A stretch of 37,592 nt of DNA from Verrucomicrobiota bacterium (GCA_025457745.1 JALOTT010000001.1:1-37592); one strand, 5' to 3'. Shown: positions 26,410-37,156, counted from the first letter of the stretch. Numbers and translations: made by a program. Notes: generated from the sequence alone by a model not told the origin.

Positions 26410-26633
26410 GGCTGTGGCTGGTGCGCTGCTTGCGGACGACTTTTTGGACGGGCGCCGTCAACATCGGACGGACCATTTCGGGACTGCTGGCGGGAATTGT
26501 TTTCGTGGACTGGCTTGCAGTCGTGCCGACAGCGCAATTTCCGCAAGTGCTGAACATCACGTTTTTGATTTTGGTTGGCGCGGCGCTGTTGTTTCAACGA
26601 TTCGTTCTGGCCACCCAGCCATTGGCCCTGTAA
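26410..26633 (+). pseudogene. C-terminal membrane fragment resembling a UbiA-family prenyltransferase
   Basis: LWLVRCLR...IGRTISGLLAGIVFVDWLAV...LLFQRFV.AT; no credible start. Confidence 0.4.
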
Positions 26634-26692
26634 TCCGGGCCAAGAAGGAAAGCTTGAACACGCAAGAAGTCTTAGTTAATTTCAATCTGGTT

Positions 26693-28363
26693 ATGACCAC
26701 CGAAGCGCCAGTCAAGTTGACGCACAACGAACAGATCAAAGCCGCGATTCCGACGCTCGCGGGCACGATCACTGCGACCATCGCGGACGAGAGTGCGGAT
26801 CACTTTTCGGAAGACGACAACCAGTTCCTCAAATTCCACGGTTGCTACCAGCAGGACGACCGCGATTTGCGCAAGACGGGCAAGAAATACATCATGATGA
26901 TCCGTGGGCGCATCCCCGGCGGCGTGATGGCACCGAAGCAATGGTGCGTGTTCGACAACCTCTCGACACAATACGGCAACGACACGCTCCGCATCACGAC
27001 GCGCCAGAGCATCCAGTTTCACGGCGTGGTGAAATCCGGTTTGCGTCCGGTGGTGAAAGCCATCAACGAATCGCTGCTCTCCACGCTCGCGGCCTGCGGC
27101 GACGTGAACCGCAACGTCCTCGCCCCGCCGATACCGGCCTACACGAAGGCGCGCCAACAGGTTTATGAGGATTGCGTGCGCGTGGCCGACGCATTGCGCC
27201 CGCAGACCAAGGCATATCACTCGATCTGGATTGATGGCGTGCAACTCAACAACGAAGCACCGGAAAACAAAGACTTCGTGGACCCGCTTTACGGCAAAAC
27301 CTGGCTGCCGCGAAAATTCAAGGTGGCGTTCGCGATTCCGCCCGTCAACGACGTGGACGTGCTGACGAATTGCCTCGGCCTCATCGCCATCGTGGAAAAT
27401 GACAGGCTCGTCGGCTACAATCTCGCGGTCGGCGGCGGTATGGGTCGCAATCACGGCAACGAGGCAACGTACCCACGACTGGCCGACGTGATTGGATTCT
27501 TCACGCCGGACAAAGTCCTGGACGTGGTGAAGGCCGTGCTCACGATTCACCGCGATTTCAGTGACCGCACTGACCGCAAACACGCCCGCCTCAAATACGT
27601 CGTGGCCGAGCGTGGCGTGGATTGGACGCGCGCCGAGGTCGAGCAACGCGCCGGCATCAAGTTCAGCCCCGTCCGCGCCTACAAGTTCACGACGATGAGC
27701 GACCCTTACGGCTGGCACAAAGCCGCGGACGGAAAATGGTTTTTCTCGTTGTTCGTCGAAACGGGCCGCGTCAAAGGCGCGCAGAAAACTGCGTTGCGTC
27801 AGGTCGCGGAAAAATTCCCCGCGATTGAATTCCGTTTGACCACAAACCAGAATGTCGTCCTCGCCAACGTCACCGAAACCGACAAAGCCGCCATCGCCGC
27901 GTTGCTCGCGTCGCACGGCCTGAAAACCGAGAATCAGGCGAGCGTGCTGCGCGCGGCGGCGATGGCTTGTCCCGCGCTGCCCACGTGCGGCCTCGCGCTG
28001 GCGGAGAGCGAGCGCATGTTGCCCGGCCTCGTGGATCGTATCGAAAAACTGTGCGCCGAAGTCGGACTTGCGGGCGAGGAAATCATCATCCGCTCAACCG
28101 GTTGCCCGAACGGCTGCGCGCGGCCTTACATGGCCGAACTCGCGTTCGTCGGCAAAGCGCCGGGACGCTACCAGGTCTGGCTCGGTGGCAACGTTTCAGG
28201 CACGCGGCTCAATCGGGTTTGGAAGGAAATCATGAAGGAAGCGGATTTGGAAACTGAATTACGCCCCTTGCTCGCGCGTTTTGCGAAGGAACGCCCCGCC
28301 GGCGAACGCTTTGGCGATTGGTGCAACCGGGTTTTTCTCAATGAAACCGCCGCCGCTGCTTAA
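26693..28363 (+). CDS. cysI: Assimilatory sulfite reductase hemoprotein (CysI/Sir)
   Basis: KFHGCYQQDDRD, RITTRQ, ACGDVNRN, LPRKFK, ACPALPTCGLA and TGCPNGC siroheme/Fe-S motifs. Confidence 0.95.
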   Translation: MTTEAPVKLTHNEQIKAAIPTLAGTITATIADESADHFSEDDNQFLKFHGCYQQDDRDLRKTGKKYIMMIRGRIPGGVMAPKQWCVFDNLSTQYGNDTLRITTRQSIQFHGVVKSGLRPVVKAINESLLSTLAACGDVNRNVLAPPIPAYTKARQQVYEDCVRVADALRPQTKAYHSIWIDGVQLNNEAPENKDFVDPLYGKTWLPRKFKVAFAIPPVNDVDVLTNCLGLIAIVENDRLVGYNLAVGGGMGRNHGNEATYPRLADVIGFFTPDKVLDVVKAVLTIHRDFSDRTDRKHARLKYVVAERGVDWTRAEVEQRAGIKFSPVRAYKFTTMSDPYGWHKAADGKWFFSLFVETGRVKGAQKTALRQVAEKFPAIEFRLTTNQNVVLANVTETDKAAIAALLASHGLKTENQASVLRAAAMACPALPTCGLALAESERMLPGLVDRIEKLCAEVGLAGEEIIIRSTGCPNGCARPYMAELAFVGKAPGRYQVWLGGNVSGTRLNRVWKEIMKEADLETELRPLLARFAKERPAGERFGDWCNRVFLNETAAAA

Positions 28364-28419
28364 CGGATTTGGGTCATTCCGACGGTCGCAAGCCCCACCG
28401 CAACGCGTCACCTCACACC

Positions 28420-28650
28420 ATGCCCAAAGAAAGACCCTACCGCAGCCTGATCAAAGCGATCTCGTGGCGTGTCACCGGCACGTTGGATACGATCCTGATT
28501 TCGTTCGTGATCACGGGCCAGGCCAGGTTTGCCTTCACCATCGGCTTTGTCGAATTGTTCACGAAGGTCTTTCTCTACTATGTCCATGAGCGGATTTGGG
28601 ACCGTCTGTCCTTTGGCAGAGTCAAGGGCAAGCAAGACTACGAAATCTAG
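28420..28650 (+). CDS. DUF2061 small membrane protein
   Basis: RSLIKAISWRVTGTLDT...K..LYYVHERIW. Confidence 0.9.
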   Translation: MPKERPYRSLIKAISWRVTGTLDTILISFVITGQARFAFTIGFVELFTKVFLYYVHERIWDRLSFGRVKGKQDYEI

Positions 28651-28666
28651 CCGGGGCCACCAACTC

Positions 28667-29338
28667 ATGAACTCCTGGACTCCAGAAACGATCTCCGCCG
28701 CCAACGCGGAGCTGCGCGACAAGTCCGCGCTGGACATCGTAAAGTGGGCCATCGTCCAAGCCAGAGGCCGCGCCATCGTCTCCACAAATTTCCGGCCTTA
28801 CGAAGCCGTCATCCTGCACCTCGCCACACAAGCGCAGCCCGACATCCCGGTACTTTGGGCCGACCACGGCTACAACCGCCCCGCGACCTACAAGCACGCG
28901 GAGCAGTTGAAAAAACAGCTTAAACTCAACCTCAAAGCCTACGTGCCAAGGATGACCGCCGCGCACTACGATGCGATTCACGGCGGCGCGCCCGCGCCCA
29001 CGCCGGAAAACGAGGAGCGCATCAAGGAGTTCAGCGCCGTGATGAAGCTCGAACCGTTTCAGCGCGGCATGAAGGAACTCGCGCCAACCATCTGGCTCAC
29101 CGCGCTCCGCAAGGTGCAGAACCCAAATCGCGCCAATCTCGACATCGTCGTCGCCGACGGCAATTTCAACACGATCAAGGTCAGCCCCGTCTTTTACCGG
29201 AGCGACGCGGACATGGAGAATTATCTCAAGCAACACAACCTGCCAAACGAGTGGGATTACTTCGACCTCGCGAAAGCCGATGAGAAGCGCGAGTGCGGCT
29301 TGCACGCGGCGTGGGGCGGGAAGGCCTTAGAAAATTAG
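28667..29338 (+). CDS. cysH: PAPS/APS reductase lacking the Fe-S cysteines
   Basis: WADHGY, KLEPF and C-terminal ECGLH motifs; sulfate-assimilation operon context. Confidence 0.9.
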   Translation: MNSWTPETISAANAELRDKSALDIVKWAIVQARGRAIVSTNFRPYEAVILHLATQAQPDIPVLWADHGYNRPATYKHAEQLKKQLKLNLKAYVPRMTAAHYDAIHGGAPAPTPENEERIKEFSAVMKLEPFQRGMKELAPTIWLTALRKVQNPNRANLDIVVADGNFNTIKVSPVFYRSDADMENYLKQHNLPNEWDYFDLAKADEKRECGLHAAWGGKALEN

Positions 29339-29775
29339 ACACGGATTTCACGGATTATCACGGATTCATTTATGCCAGAACTGCTTTATCGCGAGGAGAC
29401 GCGGCAACTCATCGGCTTTTGCATGGAAATTCATCGTGAATTGGGCAAGGGACATGATGAAGTCATCTACAAGGATGCGTTGGTGGTGGAATTGAGCCGG
29501 GCAAACATTCCGATCGCCCGCGAAAACAAATACGAAGTGAAATACAAGGGTGTGGTTCTCCCTCATTCCTATCGGGCGGACTTCGTGATCTGGAACAAAG
29601 TGTTGTTTGAAGCGAAAGCGGTAGAGGCGCTGACCGACGCCCACATCAAACAGGTTTTGAACTATCTGGCCGCGTCCAAGCTCCGGCTGGGATTGCTTGT
29701 TAATTTCGGCGCCGATTCACTAGAATGGAAGCGCGTCATTTTATGAATCCGTGTCAATCCGTGAAATCCGTGTCT
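29337..29775. mobile_element. Candidate minimal mobile unit: GxxExxY gene between 33-bp inverted repeats
   Basis: Left 29337-29369 AGACACGGATTTCACGGATTATCACGGATTCAT; the reverse complement of 29743-29775 matches at 31/33 positions. Confidence 0.7.
29372..29746 (+). CDS. GxxExxY protein (PD-(D/E)XK nuclease superfamily)
   Basis: HRELGKGHDEVIY, ADFVI..KVLFEAKA, QVLNYL and GLLVNFG motifs. Confidence 0.95.
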   Translation: MPELLYREETRQLIGFCMEIHRELGKGHDEVIYKDALVVELSRANIPIARENKYEVKYKGVVLPHSYRADFVIWNKVLFEAKAVEALTDAHIKQVLNYLAASKLRLGLLVNFGADSLEWKRVIL

Positions 29776-29777
29776 CA

Positions 29778-30713
29778 ATGAGTTCGTATCACCTGGATCA
29801 CCTGCAGTTTCTGGAGACGGAAGCGATTCACATCATGCGTGAAGTCGCCGGCGAATTTGAGCGCCCATCGCTCTTGTTTTCGGGCGGCAAGGATTCCATC
29901 TGCCTGCTACGCCTCGCGGAGAAGGCCTTTCGTCCGTCGGACATTCCGGTGCCGTTTCTCAACATCGAAACCGGCCACGAATTTCCCGAGTTGCTGGAAT
30001 TCCGTGATCGCCGCGCGAAAGAACTCGGCGCGAAGCTCATCGTTCGCACGGTGGAGGAAGCCATTGCCAAGGGCGCCGTTCCAGCGCCCGGCGAGGTCAG
30101 CCGCAACAAGCTTCAAATTCCCGCTTTGCTGGGCGCGATCGAGGAATTCCGGTTCGATTGTTGCATCGGCGGCGCGCGGCGCGATGAGGAAAAGGCCCGC
30201 GCTAAGGAACGGTTTTTCAGTCCGCGCGACAACTTCGGCCAGTGGGATCCTAAAACCCAACGGCCGGAAATCTGGAATCTTTACAATGCCCGGCTGAACA
30301 CCGGCGAAAACATGCGGGTGTTTCCGCTGTCGAACTGGACGGAAATGGACGTTTGGCAGTACATCAAGAAGGAAAACCTCGCCGTGCCGAGCATCTACTT
30401 CAGTCACGAGCGCGAGTGCTTCCGCCGCAATGGGCAATGGCTGCCGGTCCCGCCACCGCACACTAATTCGTCCAGGCCCGATCCTTACGACGGTGCGCGG
30501 CCGAAACCGAACGAGCAACGCGCCCAGCTTGTCGTCCGCGTGCGCACCATTGCCGACATGATCAGCACCGGCATGATCGAATCCCGCGCGGACAGCGTGG
30601 ACGACATCATTGTCGAAGTCGCCGCCGCGCGCGTAACTGAACGCGGCTCGCGCGCCGATGACAAAGCCAGCGAAGCGGCGATGGAAGACCGGAAGAAAGC
30701 CGGTTATTTTTAA
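29778..30713 (+). CDS. cysD: Sulfate adenylyltransferase subunit 2
   Basis: LFSGGKDS, GGARRDEEKARAKERFFS, WDPKTQRPE, RVFPLSNWTE and MEDRKKAGYF motifs. Confidence 0.96.
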   Translation: MSSYHLDHLQFLETEAIHIMREVAGEFERPSLLFSGGKDSICLLRLAEKAFRPSDIPVPFLNIETGHEFPELLEFRDRRAKELGAKLIVRTVEEAIAKGAVPAPGEVSRNKLQIPALLGAIEEFRFDCCIGGARRDEEKARAKERFFSPRDNFGQWDPKTQRPEIWNLYNARLNTGENMRVFPLSNWTEMDVWQYIKKENLAVPSIYFSHERECFRRNGQWLPVPPPHTNSSRPDPYDGARPKPNEQRAQLVVRVRTIADMISTGMIESRADSVDDIIVEVAAARVTERGSRADDKASEAAMEDRKKAGYF

Positions 30714-30864
30714 CCACTAATGGACACGAATATACACGAATCAATTTTTGCAGGTAGGGCGCGTCACTCCGTGCGCGCCGATCACACGAGACCAAACCCC
30801 GGCGCGCACGGAGTGACGCGCCCTGCCAAGAATAGTTCGCGTCCATTCGTGTTCATTCGTGGTT
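30712..30864. repeat. Gene-less inverted pair of 10-bp tandem-unit arms (GxxExxY-flank-like MITE) enclosing a family A element
   Basis: Left AACCACTAATGGACACGAATATACACGAAT (30712-30741); right arm 30835-30864, reverse complement AACCACGAATGAACACGAATGGACGCGAAC. Confidence 0.85.
30753..30827. repeat. REPIN-like element family A, intergenic copy
   Basis: GGTAGGGCGCGTCACTCCGTGCGCGCCG / CGGCGCGCACGGAGTGACGCGCCCTGCC, 28-bp arms with one mismatch. Confidence 0.95.
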
Positions 30865-30877
30865 GAGCTTATTTCCC

Positions 30878-32197
30878 ATGCCCCACACGCAACATCCCAT
30901 CGAAATTTTGAGGTTCAACACCTGTGGTTCGGTGGACGACGGCAAATCCACGCTCATTGGCCGTCTGCTCTACGACTCGAAATCGTTAATGGAAGACCAG
31001 CTTGAGACGTTGGAAAAATCCGCCGACATCACCGGTGGCGGCCAAATCAACCTCGCCAACCTGACCGACGGACTCCGCGCCGAGCGCGAGCAGGGCATCA
31101 CGATTGACGTGGCGTATCGTTACTTCGCCACGCCCCGCCGCAAATTCATCGTCGCCGACACGCCGGGCCACGTGCAATACACGCGCAACATGGTCACCGG
31201 CTCGTCCACCGCAAACCTCTCCGTCGTGCTCGTGGACGCGCGACAGGGCGTCATCGAGCAGAGCCGCCGCCACACGTTCATCGCGGCGACGCTCGGCATT
31301 CCTCACTTGGTCATCGCCGTCAACAAAATGGATTTGGTGGGTTGGGATCGGGAGCGATTTCTTGAAATACGCGACGACTTCGAGGCTTTCCTGCCACGCC
31401 TCGACATCTTCAAGGACGTGAAGTTCATTCCCATCAGCGCGCTTAACGGCGACAACGTCGTTGACCCCTCGGCGCACACGCCGTGGTATGAAGGCCCGAC
31501 GCTGCTCCGCCATCTGGAAAACGTGCACATCGCCAGCGACTGGAACATGAGCGCGTTCCGTTTTCCCGTGCAGTGGGTTAACCGCCCATACAATCCGACG
31601 AACCCGGAGCTTCACGACTTTCGCGGACTCAGCGGACAAATCGCGGGCGGCATCGTCAAAGTCGGACAAAAGGTTTTGGTGTTGCCCAGCAGCCTCAAGA
31701 CCACGGTGAAACAAATCTGGACGCTCGACGGCCCGCTGCCGGAAGCCTTCTGCCCGCAATCCGTCACGCTCGTGCTGGAACACGACCTCGACGTGAGCCG
31801 CGGCGACATGCTCATCGGCCCGGAAAACCTGCCGGGCATGAGCGCGGACTTGCAGGCGCGGATTTGCTGGATGCACCCCCGCGCGTTGCAGGCCGGTCGG
31901 AAATTCTTCCTCAAGCACACCACGCAGACCGTGCAAGCCGTCGTCACTCGCCTCGAAAACCGCGTGAACATTCATACCTTCGACCCCGAACCCGACCCGG
32001 CGGAACTGGCATTGAATGATCTGGGTGAAGTCCGCTTGAAGACCGCCAAGCCGCTGGTATTCGACGGCTATAACATCAACCGGCTCACGGGCGCGTTCAT
32101 TCTCATGGAGCAGGGCACGAACGCCACGGTCGCGGCGGGCATGCTCAATTCACCCAGCGAATTGGTGAAGCCCGAATACACTGACTTCGCCATCTAG
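30878..32197 (+). CDS. cysN: Sulfate adenylyltransferase subunit 1 (no fused CysC)
   Basis: CGSVDDGKSTLIGRLL, AEREQGITIDVAY, DTPGHVQYTRNM, NKMD and SALNGDNV motifs. Confidence 0.96.
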   Translation: MPHTQHPIEILRFNTCGSVDDGKSTLIGRLLYDSKSLMEDQLETLEKSADITGGGQINLANLTDGLRAEREQGITIDVAYRYFATPRRKFIVADTPGHVQYTRNMVTGSSTANLSVVLVDARQGVIEQSRRHTFIAATLGIPHLVIAVNKMDLVGWDRERFLEIRDDFEAFLPRLDIFKDVKFIPISALNGDNVVDPSAHTPWYEGPTLLRHLENVHIASDWNMSAFRFPVQWVNRPYNPTNPELHDFRGLSGQIAGGIVKVGQKVLVLPSSLKTTVKQIWTLDGPLPEAFCPQSVTLVLEHDLDVSRGDMLIGPENLPGMSADLQARICWMHPRALQAGRKFFLKHTTQTVQAVVTRLENRVNIHTFDPEPDPAELALNDLGEVRLKTAKPLVFDGYNINRLTGAFILMEQGTNATVAAGMLNSPSELVKPEYTDFAI

Positions 32198-32198
32198 A

Positions 32199-32276
32199 CC
32201 GGAGCGCGAGTTGTCCTCAACTCGCAGCACATTGGTTTTTTCGGGCCGCTGCGGATTGGGACAATCCGCGCTCCGG
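32199..32276. repeat. GGAG-type REPIN-like element, intergenic, 1 bp after the cysN stop
   Basis: CCGGAGCGCGAGTTGTCCTCAACTCGCAGC ... GCTGCGGATTGGGACAATCCGCGCTCCGG; each arm is itself a hairpin. Confidence 0.9.
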
Positions 32277-32313
32277 CACCAGCGCTGGGCTGCGCCATTC
32301 CAGCATTAATCGT

Positions 32314-32354
32314 TCGCGTACTCATTGACGTACGCGACGCTGGTTTCCTATGCT
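32314..32354 (+). promoter_or_regulatory. Candidate sigma70 promoter for nuoL with overlapping inverted repeat
   Basis: TTGACG (32325)-N18-TATGCT (32349); TCGCGTA/TACGCGA flanks the -35 box. Confidence 0.45.
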
Positions 32355-32385
32355 TTGCGCGTTTCCGCCGTGAATTTCACCTGGG

Positions 32386-34332
<1,947 letters not shown>

Positions 34333-34361
34333 CACCGATGACACACAACGTAATTCGACTT

Positions 34362-34507
34362 TCATTAGCACCTGGCTTTAGCCAGGTGTCTAATGCGGGC
34401 GGAGCGGAAAAACCGTTTCAACGGTTTCTTCGTGCGGGCAGCAAACCTTTGAAACGGTTTGCGCGTTACGTCGTCGCAAACACCCGGCTGAAGCCTGGTG
34501 CTAATGA
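34362..34507. repeat. 146-bp four-hairpin palindromic element, intergenic after nuoL
   Basis: TCATTAGCACCTGGCTTTAGCCAGGTG ... AAACCGTTTCAACGGTTT ... AAACCTTTGAAACGGTTT ... CACCCGGCTGAAGCCTGGTGCTAATGA. Confidence 0.9.
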
Positions 34508-34540
34508 GATAGGCGATGTGATAATCAATGGAGGCGTGGC

Positions 34541-34924
34541 GTGCTGATTGTCGGCCACAACTACACTCGTGATGAAATCGCCCAAGAGTTGGGCGGCAGC
34601 ACGATTGAATTTCTTCCGAGCGTCAATGGTCGCGTCGTGTGTGCCTGCTTGCGGACGGACCTCAATCCAGACGCGCCACGAATTATTTTGCCCGGGCACG
34701 GCCCACAAATTCAGGCGTCTGCTGAATCGCTTTGCGCTCAACACGGCGCTATCCGTGTCTTTATCAAGCGGCGGGTAAACGCTTGGGAGTATGTCGGCGA
34801 TTTCGAGGTCGAGCGATTCTCGCTCGATTCTCAAGAGATCACGAAACAGGAAACTCATGCTCAGAGAAGCGGAGAGCAAGGAATCAGCAGGATCATTTAC
34901 ATGAAGGAGGTTCTTAGGCCATGA
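34541..34924 (+). CDS. Hypothetical protein (possibly SRA/PUA-like fold)
   Basis: 127 aa with GGAGG before GTG; G..YTR.EI...LGG, DLNPDAP..IL and VFIK...WEYVG motifs; codon usage unlike the nuo genes. Confidence 0.65.
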   Translation: MLIVGHNYTRDEIAQELGGSTIEFLPSVNGRVVCACLRTDLNPDAPRIILPGHGPQIQASAESLCAQHGAIRVFIKRRVNAWEYVGDFEVERFSLDSQEITKQETHAQRSGEQGISRIIYMKEVLRP

Positions 34925-35514
34925 ATACACGCAACACGTTTCTAGTTGTCACGACCTCGCTCCTTTTTCTGGCAGGATGTGCGAACCCTCAGTTTACTCA
35001 GTATCGAAAAGAGTTTACGCCGACGAACTGGCGAACCGTAGCGATTCTGCCGTTTTCTGGTGATGCCCGTTTCACGACGATGGCAGCCGACACTTTTACG
35101 ATTAGGTTTTTGGGCATTAAGAGCCTGCGCGTCATTCAACCGTCTCAGACCGAAGTGTTCGTTAAGCGGTTGGGGATCGTCGCGACGCCAAATGGTTACG
35201 ATGTTTTGGAAGCCCAGCGCATCGCGAAGGAGATTGATGCGGATGTGATCATTATGGGCGTCGTGACCAGCCACAATGATGGGATGACGATGAATGGGTT
35301 TTGCACTGCAAAGGTCATTGACGCTGCTTCAGGTGAAATTATCGCGGCATGTCATTATCCAAGCGGGTTGCTTTTCGGCTATAGCGAGCACCAAGGCGTA
35401 GTTTCGGCGACGGACAGGGCGGCCAAGGAAATTCTTAGAATACTCAACGAGTTGGAAGCGAGAAACAAGTTAGTCCCTGCTAAGACAACAACCAGGGAGG
35501 AGAAGAGAATATGA
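34921..35514 (+). CDS. Lipoprotein, CsgG/GNA1162-like
   Basis: Lipobox LAGC; VAILPF, A.RIAKEIDADVIIMG.V and KVID..SGEII motifs; ATGA overlap with the upstream ORF. Confidence 0.75.
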   Translation: MNTRNTFLVVTTSLLFLAGCANPQFTQYRKEFTPTNWRTVAILPFSGDARFTTMAADTFTIRFLGIKSLRVIQPSQTEVFVKRLGIVATPNGYDVLEAQRIAKEIDADVIIMGVVTSHNDGMTMNGFCTAKVIDAASGEIIAACHYPSGLLFGYSEHQGVVSATDRAAKEILRILNELEARNKLVPAKTTTREEKRI

Positions 35515-35551
35515 ATATTTTCCAAGTCTCTGTGGCTAATTTGAAATTGTG

Positions 35552-37156
35552 ATGTCCATATTGACCTACATCTTCCTGCTTCCGTTGCTCGCCGCCATCG
35601 CGCTGGCGTTTGTGCCGCGCAACTTTGCCGTCATCATGCGCGCCGCGGCGGTGGGCGTGACGTTCGTCACGATGCTGCTCGCGTTGTTGATGTTCTGGCA
35701 GTTCAACGGCGCGACGGCGGACGCGAGCGGCTACAAGTTCGTCAGCACCATTCCCGGGCTCGGCGCGGAATCGCTCGGCATCGCCTGCAAGTTGGGCGTG
35801 GACGGCTTGAACGTCGGACTGGTCTTGATGGGCGCGATCGTCGCGTTCGCGGCGGCGTGCTGTTCGTTCGAGATCAAATCGCGCGAGAAGGAGTTTTATA
35901 TCCTGCTGCTCGTGATGACCGGCGGCATCCTCGGCGCGTTCATGTCGCTCGACTTGTTCTTCTTCTACTTCTTCCACGAACTCGCGCTCGTGCCGACGTT
36001 CATCATGATCGGCGTGTGGGGTCGCGGCGAGCGGAAGAACTACGCGACGTTCCAGATCACGCTCTATCTCAGCATTGGCGCGCTGCTGGCGCTCATCGGC
36101 CTGATCGCGCTTTACCTGCAAGTGCCGGTGGACCTGCGTGCTGCGGACAAAGTGGGATTCAGCATCCCAGCGCTGACGGAGTATTTCGCAGACCCGGCAC
36201 ACACAATGGCCGCGGGCGCGCAGTATTTCATCTTCCCGCTGCTGCTGTTCGGGTTTGGAATCCTCGTTTCGCTCTGGCCGTTCCATTCCTGGGCGGCGCT
36301 GGGCTACGGTTCTGCCCCAAGCGCAACGGCGATGTTGCACGCGGGCGTGCTGAAGAAGTTCGGGCTTTATGGTTTGATTCGCGTGGCGCTGCCGTTCATG
36401 CCGCAGGCGGCGCAAGGCTGGATGCAAATCCTCGCGTGGCTTTGCCTCGGCAACATTCTCTACGTCGGTTGGGTGGCGATGCGGCAGAAGAATCTGAACC
36501 TGCTGATCGGCAATTCCAGCGTGGCGCACATGGGCTTCGTCTTCCTCGGCATCGCGAGCCTGAACCTCATCGGGGTGACGGGAGCGGTCGTCATCATGGT
36601 GGCGCACGGCTTCCTTGCGGCGCTGACGTTTGGCTTGAGCGGCTACATCTACAACCAGACCGGCACGCTGGAGATGAACGAACTCGGCGGGCTGGCGAAG
36701 AAGCTGCGCTTCGTTGGGGTGGCGCTGACGATGGCGGCGATGGCCGGTTGCGGTCTGCCCGGCTTCCTGAATTTCGTGGGCGAAGTCACGGTGTTCTTCG
36801 GGGCATGGCAAGTGCCGGCGTTGCGTATCGTGACGGTGCTGGCAGTTTGGGGCGCGCTGATCATCGGCGCGGTTTACATGTTGCGGATGGCGCGAACAGT
36901 CCTGCATGGGCCGCTGCCAGAAAAGTGGTCGGGCCTCGTGGACGCGAGTCCTTGGCGCAAGCTGCCCTACGCGGTCTTGCTTGCGAGTTTGCTGGTGTTT
37001 GGCTTCTTCCCGAGTTTGCTGACGGAGAAGATCAAGCCGGAGGTGGAAAGGATTGTGAACATGGCGACGACTGGTGGCAGCGGACGTGAGTCCGCTCAAA
37101 CCTCCGTTGTGGAAAGTCAGAGCCTCCTCACGTCGGCTGCCACGAAATCAGAATGA
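35552..37156 (+). CDS. nuoM: NADH-quinone oxidoreductase subunit M with palindrome-derived C-terminal tail
   Basis: LGVDGL, DLFFFYFFHELALVP, PFHSW, LKKFG, SSVAHMG, MVAHG and GLPG..NFVGE motifs. Confidence 0.95.
   Translation: MSILTYIFLLPLLAAIALAFVPRNFAVIMRAAAVGVTFVTMLLALLMFWQFNGATADASGYKFVSTIPGLGAESLGIACKLGVDGLNVGLVLMGAIVAFAAACCSFEIKSREKEFYILLLVMTGGILGAFMSLDLFFFYFFHELALVPTFIMIGVWGRGERKNYATFQITLYLSIGALLALIGLIALYLQVPVDLRAADKVGFSIPALTEYFADPAHTMAAGAQYFIFPLLLFGFGILVSLWPFHSWAALGYGSAPSATAMLHAGVLKKFGLYGLIRVALPFMPQAAQGWMQILAWLCLGNILYVGWVAMRQKNLNLLIGNSSVAHMGFVFLGIASLNLIGVTGAVVIMVAHGFLAALTFGLSGYIYNQTGTLEMNELGGLAKKLRFVGVALTMAAMAGCGLPGFLNFVGEVTVFFGAWQVPALRIVTVLAVWGALIIGAVYMLRMARTVLHGPLPEKWSGLVDASPWRKLPYAVLLASLLVFGFFPSLLTEKIKPEVERIVNMATTGGSGRESAQTSVVESQSLLTSAATKSE
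37073..37144. repeat. REPIN-like element family C, 72 bp, in frame at the nuoM 3' end (GGSGRESAQTSVVESQSLLTSAAT)
   Basis: GTGGCAGCGGACGTGAG ... CTCACGTCGGCTGCCAC; same length and frame as the copy at 20995-21066. Confidence 0.92.

Noticed and set aside
26414-26692. 93-aa N-terminal extension of the sulfite reductase ORF
   Set aside because: Homology begins near ATG 26693; part of the region is better explained by a membrane-protein remnant in another frame.
29337-29369. Tandem CACGGATT units as a CRISPR array or iterons
   Set aside because: Only three 9-10-bp units, no spacers, no cas or rep gene; better explained as one arm of an inverted pair.
30440-30530. Pro-rich stretch in CysD (VPPPHTNSSRPDPYDGARPKP) as a repeat-derived insert
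   Set aside because: No palindromic or tandem structure is visible in the DNA.
34344-34547. Open frame running through the 146-bp palindrome (MTHNVIRLSLAPGFSQV...)
   Set aside because: The translation is just the repeat itself, with no independent evidence for a gene.
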